Shown: one piece after another, positions 11,501-23,099 of the stretch
Position numbering within the stretch: position 1 is the stretch's first letter
Layout of the letters: each line of letters opens with the position of its first letter
Assembly: GCA_049999805.1 (NCBI GenBank)
Contig: JBNGIO010006038.1
Span: 72,725 to 113,145, forward strand
Source of the DNA: Folioceros fuciformis
Taxonomy: Eukaryota
Length of the DNA stretch: 40,421 bases
Reading direction: 5' to 3'
Position numbers and translations under genes: made by a program
The notes under the pieces: model-generated
The model's input: the letters and a program-made list of their open reading frames with translations, nothing else
Told to the model about the DNA's origin: nothing
Databases searched by the model: none

Positions 11501-12757
11501 CGTCAAAATCCAGGAAACCGTCTCCTCCATTGCTGGACGGCCCGCCGTCATCCCTCACAACATCACCCCTCCTCTCACCCCAGAACTGCACTCCATAACT
11601 ACCCTTCGCAAGGCTCCCGGACACCGGAGGCTCAACCGCGCTGGATCGGAAGTCGTAGAAATCAGAATCCGGCACTGCGACGTGCACTTCACCGCTCTGC
11701 GCATCCGCTTGCTGCACGGTTGTGTCCACCAGATCATCCGGACTGCCAGGCTTCAGACTCTCCACAGCCTCCAGCTTATCCGACTTATTCAAATAATACT
11801 CCTCTCCGGAGAAATACGAGTCGTCCTCCACAAACGACGGATTCTCCAAATCATCCCTCTCATTCTCACTCTCAGGTAGAGCCTGGCTCCCTAGACTGGG
11901 CGTTGCCTGCTCATCCTCACTCGGATAATCCACCTCATGTGTCAGAAACCACTCCTCGTCTACAATAGGCTGTCTGTGATACCCAGGATCATCATCATTC
12001 TCATAACTGTCCGAATTCCAATCTTCGTCCGAAATATCACTCCCAAAATCACTCGGCCCCGCTTCGGCAGTCGCAAACCCTGAAAGCAGCTCCAGCCCGT
12101 TTCCCACAATACCCTGGCTAACTGATGGCCGGCCAATTCTTGCGCCTGCAAATGCAGCACATTCCACGTTAAAAGCAGACACCACCGCAGCCGAGGAAAA
12201 ACAAGCAATCATTTTGTGGCCCAGTCCATACAATGCTTAGCCTTCAATCCCACCTTTCCCTGACCGATGCACAGCACTTCCCGATTGAAAGGGATCATCA
12301 GAGCTGCCTCGCCACTCCATTGCTGCAAACACGAACACAGCTGAGAATTACATGCCTCCCAACGACTTTACAGCAGCCGACAGGGCAGCCTAGCCTGTCT
12401 GACAAGCCATCTGTATACCTGAAGACGCTGTATCCCGGCCAACAGGTACATCCAGAAATGAGCCCAACCCGGAGGCAAACTCTGGTACACTCAACCACGT
12501 GCAAGGGTCCGCTGCTACTGCCCGCTCTTCCATGGAACCAAGGTTGTGCTCCAGCTTGTGACCTGCTGAGTGAAGCTTGAGAGGAGGAAGTTTGGGAAGT
12601 TCTGCAGCAATTTGAGCCAGCGTCTTGTCATTCATCTTTCTCTCGGCCTGATCTCGTTCAATCCTTGGGGACGACTTCCCCCTGGCACAGCATGTTGTTG
12701 CACCACCACACCCACACCCCGCCCTGCTTGCTCCTGCTCTTCCTCCCGCACGCGCAC
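8506..12757 (-). CDS. Plant-specific DYRK-family (DYRKP-type) protein kinase; 5' end uncertain
   Basis: Exons ~12757-12419, 12145-10363, 10056-9777, 9686-9579, 9361-9083, 8979-8836, 8694-8506; motifs [72 protein letters not shown]. Confidence 0.92.
9404..9538 (+). repeat. Imperfect ~41-bp direct repeat in a kinase intron
   Basis: aatacaatgagaag-x-atgaaatcaga(c/t)atccactccaaat at 9404-9445 and 9498-9538. Confidence 0.85.
10194..10267. repeat. Intronic inverted repeat / hairpin
   Basis: tcaagggcatgacact (10194-10209) pairs with agtgtcatgtccttga (10252-10267), one G-T position; inner gggatg...catccc stem. Confidence 0.75.
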
Positions 12758-12779
12758 CTTTACAACATACAAGCAATAC

Positions 12780-13380
12780 ATTATTACTAACACTTTTATG
12801 CTCTCTGCCGCCCTTTGTATATAGCCAGGCTCATTATAGCTCCCATTTCGTGGGGGAAGAAAATCAGAAAAAATAAATTTGTCCGTTACCTTCCGTCTCA
12901 AAAAATTCAAACACAAATGGACATGTGTGCAATTCTATTAGGATCAAAACCCTAAACAGGAACTCCTTAGTTAGGATTAGGTTAACTCATTCAATCTTAT
13001 TTTTTTACTTTAAAATATATTTATGATTTAAATAAGTCATACAAATAGTTCATAAATTTGCCTTGAGTTCATAACTACAAATTTATTACGTTCAGGCAGT
13101 TATCGTATCGATTATTACATATAATAATAATTTTATATAAATATTTTTCTTATTATTCCTTCTGATTAAAGGAACCAATATCCCACTACTACAAAAATAC
13201 ATTTTATCAAGTGTACCTATCTTAAGAAAACTTAAATTACTTTTTTATCAATTAAAAGCAGCTTAATAAATAAACGATCATTAATTACTTCAATGACCTA
13301 GAACTTTATCTAGTTTTGAAACGTTTTACTTACTTTTGCTACTTTTATATTAAAATATTCTAAATACAATCTAATATGCA
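12780..13380. other. Strongly AT-rich non-coding block (possible TE remnant)
   Basis: Abrupt compositional shift from GC-rich exon to long A/T runs; no credible ORF. Confidence 0.6.
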
Positions 13381-13765
13381 GCACGAGGACCACTATCAAA
13401 ACATTCCACGTTTAGTGTGCACAGGTTTTGCCCTCTTCCGGAAGAGCCTTCCTCCCTTCTGCGGAATCTACAAAATCGACAAGTCCTTCCCATATTATCC
13501 CACAAGTTCATATGGATCAAGTGAAAGGGAAAAATCCCCTCCGTCAACAAGGAGTTTAGGCACTTACAACAGTGTGGATGTGAAGATTGTTGCCCGGACA
13601 AAAGGCGCGCTAGACTCCCTTGGACTTTCTTGAGAGGTTAGTTACGAAATGGAGCCTCACTTCACCGCACTTGGATGCAGCTGGCTTGGTTGGATGGAAG
13701 ATGAATCAGAGTAAAATACATAACCATGTACGTCGAGGTTTCACAAACTCCCGAGTACGTGTCAG

Positions 13766-14243
13766 CTAAGGGAGCGCCGGGGCGCGGGAGGGCTGCTGCT
13801 CAACCGAGGGCGCGGTTGCACCCGCCATGGCTTGACGTTGCTGAGATCTGAGCATGGGAATGTCGGCGTAATCGGCGTAGTTGTAGATGAGGAAAGCATA
13901 GGCGCCTCCGAACACGGCTAGCGACACAGCCAGCACTCCAAACCACAGCACTCCTCCAAACGACTTGCCAAGCTGCACCTCCAGCTGCGACGGATTGCTC
14001 GAGGTATCCTCCGTCTGCCGTTCCACCTCCGGAGCCGGCTCCCGCTCGTCAGAGCCCTTGCCCNNNNNNNNNNNNNNNNNNNNNNNNNNNNNNNNNNNNN
14101 NNNNNNNNNNNNNNNNNNNNNNNNNNNNNNNNNNNNNNNNNNNNNNNNNNNNNNNNNNNNNNNGCGGTGGCCGCTGCGCTACTGCTGTTGCAACGGGAGA
14201 GAAAACAAGAGCACGATGCAGCTGCCGCGCCAACCTGCGCCAT
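13766..14243 (-). CDS. Small single-pass membrane protein of unknown function, probable plastid transit peptide; spans an assembly gap
   Basis: MAQVGAAAASCSCFLSRCNSSSAAAT before the gap; after the gap an acidic linker, hydrophobic GGVLWFGVLAVSLAVFGGAYAFLIY and stop at 13766-13768. Confidence 0.6.
14064..14163. other. Assembly gap (100 N)
   Basis: Run of N. Confidence 0.99.
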
Positions 14244-15500
14244 CTTGCTCGCCTACACTTCGTGCTGCACGCGAGGTGCTTGTGAGAGGAATGCGCTGGA
14301 ACAGAGCTAACAATCGAGCACCGTTAGCTGTAACTGAGATTAGTGGTAACGGCCTACGGGCGGCCGGTCAAGAAAGGAAGCGTGTGGAGCCGGCGGGCCG
14401 TGAGTAGCGGAGGATGATTTTGGCTGGTGACTTGGTGGAACTAACCGTGGATATGTGATGTGCATTCATTGTCGCGAGATGTGTCGTCTCTCACATCGCG
14501 CTCCTCTCTTTCTTGTTCTTTATTTCAAGCAAGCTGCTCGCCTGCTTAATAAGCTTCTCGCAATGTTGATTCCAGGTCTCTTGGCTCCATCTGGATGTTC
14601 TGCCTTACAACTCCAGCTTCCTGTGTTTCTGTCGTCATAATTTTGGCTCAGTCTTTCTTGCATTGAGACGTTGTGGAGATGGTCCTGGTAAAAATTCTTG
14701 CCAGCACCGAGAAGCTGGGGCCTTGTTTGCAGTTCTCGTTGCGTCTGAAAGTTCATTTCGTAATGGATCTTTGATCGCTAGTGAAGTGTAAAATTACTTA
14801 CTTTGCAGACGATGTGCGTTTGCAGCGGGCTTGGATGCCCATCTGTGCTCACGGCCTTTGTGTCGTTGCTTGTGCGTTCAGATTAGTTCGCTGGATACGG
14901 AAGATGGTCAACACGGGTGGTCAGAGTGGAAAGATGGTGAAATATAGAAAGCTTGCCCTCACTGTTGGCTTGTCCTCAGAATGATTGATCAGCTGAGCTC
15001 TCCGAATCGTGGTTTCTTGATTGACAAGCGTGTGCTCACTTTGCAGTGGGAGAAGCTTGTTAGTGGACATTGGCGTTGTAAGAACTACTGCATACTACCG
15101 GTATACTGCACCGGCTCCCTGTTGTGATGATGAACCGGTCTTTTTTTCTCATGCAGAATGGTGCTTTGCATAAAGATTATGAACAGCAAAGTCCGCAAGA
15201 CTACATGATCGCGGAGCTGCTGCAGCAGCTGCATTTATCAGTTGTTGGAGTCACTGGCAGTGTAGGGACAGTTACTGTCCAAGAGCGCCTGACAGTTGAG
15301 GGGACGTTCACGAGTGATGAACGAGTAGGCAGACTGTGAAGGGAGGGGGGCCTGCTACCACAATGAATTTTTCCTCGGGTTCAGAATGCCAAGTATCCTG
15401 CAAGTAGATGCGGTGTCAGCTGTGGGACACGAGATTGAAGCTTGCATGGCGTTTTTCCATGTGTGACGGAAGTTGAGCTACTGAGCAATACCTCCATGCC

Positions 15501-16889
15501 ATGGGACGACAGCTGAAATACGAGGACAGGTCACTACGGGAGATCCATGGCACTGCAGCCCCCGGCAGCGACGTCTCTGCATCGGGATCCCCGCGTAGCC
15601 ATAGAAGATCCCACAGCAGCAGCAGCAACAGCAGTAGCCGGAGCAGGACGATGTCACCTCCCAGGAGTCTGCGAGGGTTCGGCAACCTCTGGTCCCCGAG
15701 CCCCAGGCCGGCACAGCCACACCCACAGCCTAAGCCACATGCAGGGACGGGAGCTCCCATAGCCAACGGCAACGGCACATCCATGCGGAGCAGCCGGAAT
15801 GTGAAGCACTTGGCGCCATCGCAGGTGACGATGCTGAAGGAGCTGGGGGAAGCAATGGCCAAGGATCCCAACGGCCTCAGCAACGGCGCGGATACTATAG
15901 TGGGAGTGAGCAACGGAGGGGCTTACACCATCGGGCCTCTGTACCAGGGGGGATATGCGGCGGGTCTACAAAGCTCCCGCGCGGCGGGCGCAGCGACAAG
16001 GGGGTCGGTGCAGGGGCGGAAGATGCCGGTGGTGATGCCGCTCTTCATGCTGGCCAATCTGGCATACTTCATGGCCACCATGTACCTGAACAACTGCCCT
16101 CGCCAGGGACAGGGTCGCGCGTGTGTCGGCAGATTCCTGCACCGGTTCTCGTTCCAGCCGCTTGAGGAGAACCCGCTACTGGGCCCGAGCTCCGGGCGGC
16201 TGGCGGCCATGGGAGCAGTGGGAAGAGAAGGCGGGTGGCGGCTGCTCTCCTCGATCTGGCTGCACGCCGGGCTGCTGCACTTACTCACGACGCTGGCGGG
16301 CCTGGGCCTGGTTGGAGTCCGGCTAGAGCGTGACCTGGGCTATCTCAGCGCCGGGCTGGCGTACGTAGTGGCGGGCGTGGGAGGAAGCCTGCTGTCGGCA
16401 CTGCTCTACAGCGGGGAGGCGGCGGGCGGCGGCTCGGGAGCCTTGCTAGGCGTGCTGGGAGCCACTAGCGCCGAGATAGCCACCAACTGGAGCTACTACC
16501 GGCACAAGCGCAGAGTGCTCGGCTGCTGCGCGCTGCTGCTGGCGGCCTGCGCGTGTGAGGGCGCCATGCCCAACGTGGGCAACTGGTGCCACCTCGGAGG
16601 CTCCGTCACCGGGTTTCTGCTCGCCTTCGTCTTCCTGGTGCGCCCGCACCTGTGGACGCGCCCTGCGAACTCTGGCTACGACCCGGACGACGCCCTCCAC
16701 AGTTCCGGCCCCCACACGCTCGTATGGGCCCTCGCTTTTCTGCTGCTGGTGGGTTTGTGCGCCGGAGCTGTCATAGCGCTGCTGGTGGCAGCTTCTCCCG
16801 CGCGCGCACATTGCCTGCACCACTCTTTTTGCCGACACCTCACCTGCATTCCCACATCCCGCTGGCATTGCAACTATTTTAATAATTGA
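15501..16889 (+). CDS. Rhomboid-like intramembrane serine protease (plant RBL1-7 / secretase-type), single coding exon, 462 aa
   Basis: TMYLNNCP, FSFQPLEENPLLGPSS, WRLLSSIWLHAGLLHL, GGSG with catalytic Ser (16434-16436), NWCHLGG with catalytic His (16590-16592), C-terminal CIPTSRWHC. Confidence 0.92.
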   Translation: MGRQLKYEDRSLREIHGTAAPGSDVSASGSPRSHRRSHSSSSNSSSRSRTMSPPRSLRGFGNLWSPSPRPAQPHPQPKPHAGTGAPIANGNGTSMRSSRNVKHLAPSQVTMLKELGEAMAKDPNGLSNGADTIVGVSNGGAYTIGPLYQGGYAAGLQSSRAAGAATRGSVQGRKMPVVMPLFMLANLAYFMATMYLNNCPRQGQGRACVGRFLHRFSFQPLEENPLLGPSSGRLAAMGAVGREGGWRLLSSIWLHAGLLHLLTTLAGLGLVGVRLERDLGYLSAGLAYVVAGVGGSLLSALLYSGEAAGGGSGALLGVLGATSAEIATNWSYYRHKRRVLGCCALLLAACACEGAMPNVGNWCHLGGSVTGFLLAFVFLVRPHLWTRPANSGYDPDDALHSSGPHTLVWALAFLLLVGLCAGAVIALLVAASPARAHCLHHSFCRHLTCIPTSRWHCNYFNN

Positions 16890-17748
16890 CCTCGCAGACA
16901 CTTCTTTCACAACAATTTCCCGAATAATTTTTCACAACATAACGAACAAGATATTGCTACATTCCATGCTCCATACGATAGTGTGTGAGACTAACATTTC
17001 GCTCAAGTAGAAGGCGAGCACCAAACAAGGCTGTGCACAACAAACGGGAACGAACAACAAATAACAGCCAATCTTCCCTTGCAATTCAGGGGAGCAGGTT
17101 CTTGTCGGGGATTTATTGGTCTACACACAAGTCGGTATCTTACAGTAAAATAAGGGGAGATGTGCCACAGCTGCGTTTCCTCCTCCAGGAAAGAAGCGCC
17201 GAGAGTGCGTCTGTCCATCGTTAGGAAGCCATTTTCCTCCCATTCCCAGCCGTAAAATGTTTACGGAGAAATCAGCAGCAGGAGAAAGGTTCTGGTCTAT
17301 ATCTACAACCAACTAACTAGCTGCGGCGTGTTGAGGAAATTGAAAATTGAATGCATCGCACAGCCTGTCCACACTATCCGGAAATGGTCCACGGGCGGCA
17401 GAAAAAAAGTGTAGTCCATTCGGGCGTCAATTCTTTAGACATTGACGTGAGTGGTGCCTGCGCCTGCAGGGACAGCGCCAATGCAAACAAGCAGTCTGGT
17501 TAGGGCAGATTTGGAGGTGTGCGAGGGCAAAAGGTTAGATTGAAGAAGTTGGTTGAGGAAGATCAGCGATACTTACGAGAGTGCTGCTGCTGCTGCAAGG
17601 GCGAGCTAGAGTGTTTGCAGGAAGAAAAGGAAGAGGAAGAGGAGGATTGCAGCATCTGGGAGCATTCATCTAACTTCTACTGGCACAGCTTCGCGGTTGC
17701 ACCGTACGGTGCTTTGCTCAACGCTCGGGCCTGCTCCGAGCCTTGTTT

Positions 17749-18230
17749 CTACCTGGCGTAGGCGGTGAAGAAATCCTTGTTCTCTTTCTCCAGTTCTTTC
17801 CACACTGAGATACGCAAGGCAACGAAGGCGGTTAAGAAATGAAGACTTGGAAGGCACGATGCATACGGAAGCGGAGATAGGGCCAAGGCCGCTGCTTGCA
17901 GATTGTGGTGCGGCCTGCCTCACCTGTGAGCGTGATGACAGGCTTGACATGCGCGTACTTGGCAAGAGCCTTGACGCAGTCGTCGCGATCCATGTAGAGC
18001 ATCAAGCACCTCTCGATCAAGTACTGCACCTGGAGTGCCAAGGCACGGCGGTTGCATGAGTCTCACAACTCCAACAGGAATCTGCAATCGTTCCTTCTCA
18101 CAGACAAACGTGGTGCACAGGGCAGGGCAACGCAGCAGCCAGTACAGCGTACCATGAGAATGTAGGAGTAAGAAACATCCCCTTTTTGCCTAGTAGGCGG
18201 GGTGTGCGTCGGGGGGGAAGGTGGCCGCAT
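17749..18230 (-). CDS. Plant-specific TIGR01589 / A_thal_3526-type small protein
   Basis: Exons ~18230-18153, 18028-17924, 17804-17749 give SYSYILMVQYLIERCLMLYMDRDDCVKALAKYAHVKPVITLTVWKELEKENKDFFTAY; ends uncertain (TAG at 17749-17751 overlaps a possible GT donor). Confidence 0.85.
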
Positions 18231-18725
18231 CCTGACGCCGATCCGATCGACTCAAGTCGCAGTGAGACAAGGAAATGTTGTCCACCTTACACTCTAGCCC
18301 TCCTCTCCTCCCAAACCACGGCGACTACCGGCGGCTGACACTGACAAACTCCAGAGCAAACCAGCAGCCCCGGTTCCACATGATCCGACCCGAAGAGCAG
18401 CAGCAGGAGCAATTGAAGCGCCGCAATTGGTCCGCAAGCCTAGGACGAGGAGAAGAGGAGATCGGAAGACGACCACGGCGGCTCCAATTCCCGCACAATT
18501 GCCACGCACAAGCCGGCGCGGCAGCGGACGCAGGAAAGCACAATTCCCTTCCTTCTCTCCCGAAGCCTTAGCTCACCAAGCCAAGGCAGCAGCGGAAGCC
18601 ACCAGCAGCAGCGGCGGCGGCAGCCGGCAGAGCAACACGAAGACGGAGGGTGGAGCGAACGAGGAAAGAAGATGGTGGCGAGCGTGAGAAGGATGAAGAG
18701 AAGGCGGTGTAGAAATAGGGCGAGA

Positions 18726-18878
18726 GACGTGCGCAGCGCACGGCACCACGTCCCGTCCCGGGCCCGGCACCCTTCAACAATGTGCCTTGTTCACTGGACC
18801 TGCAACACGTAGGTAGGCGCGATGGCAGGGCCGCCCCGCCCCCTGACGGAGCATTTATCTTTCCACGTCCAACCACGT
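18726..18878 (-). promoter_or_regulatory. Cluster of ACGT-core (G-box/ABRE-like) elements upstream of the TIGR01589-type gene
   Basis: gacgtg 18726, ccacgt 18746, acacgt 18805, ccacgt 18863, ccacgt 18873; pyrimidine-rich putative TSS region ~18660-18710 on - strand. Confidence 0.45.
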
Positions 18879-19119
18879 TTACTCCCTCCCCCCAACGGCA
18901 GCTGCGGTTAAGACCCCATCCGTAATGGCCACCTTATCTCCACCCCTATCTCAACTCCTACTGTCCTATGGCTCCCTGACGCAACACATGAAACGCTGGC
19001 GCGGTTTGCGTGGGCGGTCGGGAATGTGGCCTCGGTGCCGGGAACTCCCAGGTTCGAATTCCGCAAAATGCTACGATTCATCCAACGTTATTTACCTCTT
19101 TATTTGCCCTCAACGGGGT

Positions 19120-19143
19120 GACGAGACGAGACGAGACGAGACG
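19120..19143 (+). repeat. (GACGA)n microsatellite
   Basis: gacgagacgagacgagacgagacg. Confidence 0.85.
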
Positions 19144-20751
19144 CCCGATACGGGCCGCCTCCCTCCCGCCCGTCTCTCTCCCCTGGCGTGTTGCGGAGCA
19201 GCAGAGAGAGGTCCACACATAACATACATACTGTACATACATTCGCACTCCACAGCTGGAGGAGGCATGTTGGGACTCGTGTGGCGCCGCCGCAAGTTGC
19301 AAAGTGGGGTACACCCAGGGTTGGGTAGGTGAATAGGAAGGGCATGTGGGGTCACGTGGAGAGGAGACCGGACGACCGCACCACACCCCGCACCGCACCC
19401 GCACCGTTCCGTAGACTGTACATGCAAGGTCCATACAGCAGGCAAGTTAGAGTAGCCTGGTGTCCCAGGAGCTGAGTCAGGAGTTTCGTGGCAGGCGCGG
19501 AGAAGGGAAAGGAAAAGGGAAGGAGGGTGAAGATCAAAATCTGGTGCCAGCCAATGGCAGCGCGAGACGCAGAGGAGCCCGCAATGCGACACAGCACGGC
19601 GCGCACTTCGAGACCTGGTACAGTAGTAGCAGTGGTAGCGGCCGCTAGCTCATCACTCCCGTCCCTCCCTCCCTCCCTCCCTTATCATCATGAGATTACA
19701 CAAAAGGCTATGATGAGAGCCTGAGGGTGTGGCAGACGGCAGTGCACGCATTTAAGTGGGGGGAGAGGGTAGTTGGTTACTTGTATCATTTGTATGTTAC
19801 TACTGTAGTAGCATTATAGCCAGGCAGAGGGTTCGGGCAGCGCCAGCCCCGCTAACCCTAAAATGAGTTAGCCAGAGGCCATCCCCCGGGAGCATGCATG
19901 GCTCCCAGCTCCGAGCCCCGAGCCCTCCCTTCGACAGCAATGCGACAAGGCAGAATATGCCCGGGAGGCCATGGGCCGTTTCACGGACGGCAGGGATGGC
20001 GCGATGCTGCCCATTCCCACCCAACTGGGCTAGATATTCTCCCGACCACCAGATTTGTAGTGCAGGGCCTACTAGGGTGCAGGGCGCAGGGTGCAGGGCG
20101 CGGCGCCTCCAGGAAAATATCTAGTTCCCACTAGAATAGCCGCTGCCCGTGAAAAGACAAAGGGAGGGTAGGGTCCGTGACTCCGTGCCAATGCGTCCTG
20201 CGTGTAAAAGTGGCCGGAGGGCCCAGGGAGAGTACACAGTGATAAATAAGTGTAGGGGAGGCAAGGCAAGGAAGGGCATATAAATGCTGGATGGCTCTGG
20301 CTCTGGCCTGGCATGGCCGCCTGGACGGCCGTCTTGCCTGCCTTACACATACCGATAACTCTGACACCCCCTATTCGTACTGTAATAACATACTGTCCAT
20401 GGGAAGGGGAGGACAGGGCAGGGCAGGGCAGGGCAGGCAGGCAGCAGGGACAGCAGCGACACACAGGTTTTGAATCTGATTTGATTACTCTGTAATTGGC
20501 CTCGGCCATGCGGTAGTCAGGGGAGGCCGATGTTCCTGGACGCGCTGTGGAATCCGGGAGCTGAATCCGGAGGATAGCGGGATAGAGGCCTCCGCACGCC
20601 TGGCCAATAGTGTGCGGCTTCGTCCCCCCTCCCGATCTCTGCTCAGCAACTGCCTGCTCTGATCTCATCTGCTCTACGGCTTCACCCGAACACAGAAAGG
20701 AAAACAAAAACAGGAGACGATGAAGCAAGGAGACGAAACGGAAGGGAATGG

Positions 20752-20928
20752 AAGGCAAGGAAGGGCAGGGCAAGGAGAAGCATGGCAAGGCGAGGCGAGT
20801 CAGGGCAAGGCGAGGCGAGTCAGGGCAAGGCGAGGCGAGGCGACGCAGGGCGAGGCAAGGCAAGGCAAGGCAAGGCAAGGCAAGGCAAGGCAAGGCAAGG
20901 CAAGGCAAGGCAAGGCAAGGCAAGGCAA
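20752..20928 (+). repeat. (GGCAA)n pentanucleotide microsatellite with degenerate GGCGA/GGCAG flank
   Basis: 15 perfect GGCAA units at 20854-20928, degenerate units upstream; related (GGGCA)n at ~20415-20435. Confidence 0.95.
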
Positions 20929-20980
20929 TTAGAAACAAACAAGAAGCACAAGAAAGAAAAGTAACGGACGGACGTTGGTG

Positions 20981-21080
20981 NNNNNNNNNNNNNNNNNNNN
21001 NNNNNNNNNNNNNNNNNNNNNNNNNNNNNNNNNNNNNNNNNNNNNNNNNNNNNNNNNNNNNNNNNNNNNNNNNNNNNNNN
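20981..21080. other. Assembly gap (100 N) with identical 47-bp sequence on both sides
   Basis: 20934-20980 equals 21081-21127. Confidence 0.97.
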
Positions 21081-22559
21081 AACAAACAAGAAGCACAAGA
21101 AAGAAAAGTAACGGACGGACGTTGGTGGCATGATGAACCATGATGTGGTTGGCACGCACGCAGCAAGCGCCAAGGCATCAAGGCCGCCATGATGCGCTAG
21201 CGGTCCATCCGCTGCCATGATGCATCTGTGTGCTCCCGCGTGCCACGCGCAAGTCCTGCCTCGTGGCTGGGTCGTGAGTCGTGACCTGCGCTCTCCGCTG
21301 ACGCACCACAACATTCATCATACCCTCACCACACCAACCCTGTCCGGGCCCCACTGGTCCGGTACAACCCGGGCCTCCACGCTCTGCGCCCGAACCAACG
21401 CGCTCCTTTTCCTTATCTACTTTTTATTCTTTTCTGGAATATTGCACACACATAAAAGATACACTTATTTCAACCCACCCGTGCACGGCCTTTTATTGCG
21501 CGTTCCACCATGGTTCCAGGGTAGCCCTACCAATGTCGGCTGTAGACAATGTATATTAATCCTGGAAGAACAGCGTTGGAAATTATGCTTTTGGCACAAA
21601 CCAAGTTTTGTTCAGGTTTCACTCCTCTAGATATTTTTAGTTTCTCATATTCTTTTTTTCTTTTTATTTACATTTAATTTTAAAATTTAACATCAATTAT
21701 GAAACTCAGTTTGGTGGTGTACTTCGTTATCACATCTTCTTGACACACGGCAAGGCAGGTCTCCGATTCAACTTGTTCGAAACTGTGGAATCCCTACAAG
21801 GACAACAGCTTGACACACATGAATCTAGTACACATGATCGTAATGTACATGCCCACACCACGGAGCCCACTTAATATAGTACAACACATTAATTTTTCCT
21901 CTATGCATATTGCTTGTAGTCCGACCAATGGGACACAACTTTTCTTAGGGTTCCTATAGCATGTTTTTAAGTATGACTTAGGTACACACAGGAAAAAACC
22001 ACTGTCATCCTTGCATTGCTATGGCATGTCAAAGCAAACAATCTCTCACTGTAACTATTTCAATGGTTTTTCTTGGGCATCTTGGAGAATAATTTCTTTT
22101 CATACCCAAGTTTTTCATTTCCCCTTTCCCAAACATACCAAACCACTCCCTGCACTAAAGGGGACATGGCTTAATGATTTGAACCATGTAGGAGCACGTT
22201 GGAGCCCGTTTCAAGTTGGATGTTGGGTGGCTTGATGGTAGAAACCCCAAACACAGCCCTATAACCATGGATGGGGGCACGCCCCATTCTTGCCAAAGGT
22301 TTGCTTGCAACAACATCTGAAATAATTTGGGTCTATCCACTAACCCTTCTTTCCTTTTTTTGTGAATAGGGTTTCCCCTCTTCCCACCCTCCTTGATCAT
22401 TTAGTTTTGTCATTTCCGAGTTGGGCTCGCTACACACATAGTACATTACATGTATTACAATGATTATAGCCATTCGTGGTGTGCACATGGGCTCGCCAAA
22501 GCTCTTTCACATTTGCATTGCTAACATAGGCCACAATCTACCCTGCATGCAATGAAGAG

Positions 22560-22635
22560 TATTGTTGTTTCATCATGGGGACAATTACATTGTCTCTTAT
22601 TGTTGTTTCATCATGGGGACAATTACATTGTCTCT
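22560..22635 (+). repeat. Perfect 38-bp tandem duplication
   Basis: tattgttgtttcatcatggggacaattacattgtctct x2. Confidence 0.95.
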
Positions 22636-23099
22636 CATTGCCCCGTGACCCGGTAGCAAACAACGGTGTGGGTGGTCTTCTTCCGTGGACATAGATGATG
22701 GGCTGGACGTGAAAGTCTTTAGCTGCTCAGGGTCCCAAACCTCGTCATCGAAGTACCGTGGCACTGGATTTCGCAAATCCTCTACGAGTGCATTATCATA
22801 TTTCCTTCATATCATACTTTCTTCGCATATCCAATATGAGCAACTTGTACTCTCGCTTACTCAGGTATGCAAGCCATTTCTCTGGATGCGCCAGGTAGGT
22901 TATTTTGGTCCTAGCGTGCCCAAGGGCACGCCAGAGCCAAAATAACCTGCCTGGCGGATCCAAGGGCACGCCTAGGGGCTCGCCATGGGCTGTACAAAGT
23001 GCCTGGCACACCAAAGACTGTCCAAAGTGCCTTTCGCGCCCAAGGGCACCCCATGGACTATCAAGAGTGCTTGGCATGCCCCTGGGTGCGCCAAGGCTA

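Noticed and set aside
10580-11968. Long plus-strand ORFs (150-212 aa) antisense to the kinase
   Set aside because: Shadow ORFs of a GC-rich coding exon; no recognisable product
12890-12916. LNFLRRK followed by a GT donor as the missing DYRKP N-terminal exon
   Set aside because: No in-frame ATG after the upstream stop, very short match in AT-rich DNA; probably chance
19010-19070. GGTTCGAATTCC resembling a tRNA T-loop / Pol III B-box
   Set aside because: No A-box, acceptor stem or cloverleaf could be built
20175-20585. Partial resemblance to miR171 (ccgtgccaat) and miR390 (ggatagcg) sequences
   Set aside because: Only 8-10 nt matches and no precursor fold-back
20934-21127. 47-bp direct repeat around the N-gap (and 14-bp repeat around the gap at 40177)
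   Set aside because: Identical sequence on both sides of a gap is typical of unmerged overlapping contig ends, not a biological repeat
20072-21314. Long ORFs (372 aa, 164 aa, 131 aa) with LALPC / ARQGK repeats
   Set aside because: Translations of the (GGCAA)n microsatellite and an N-gap; no domain content
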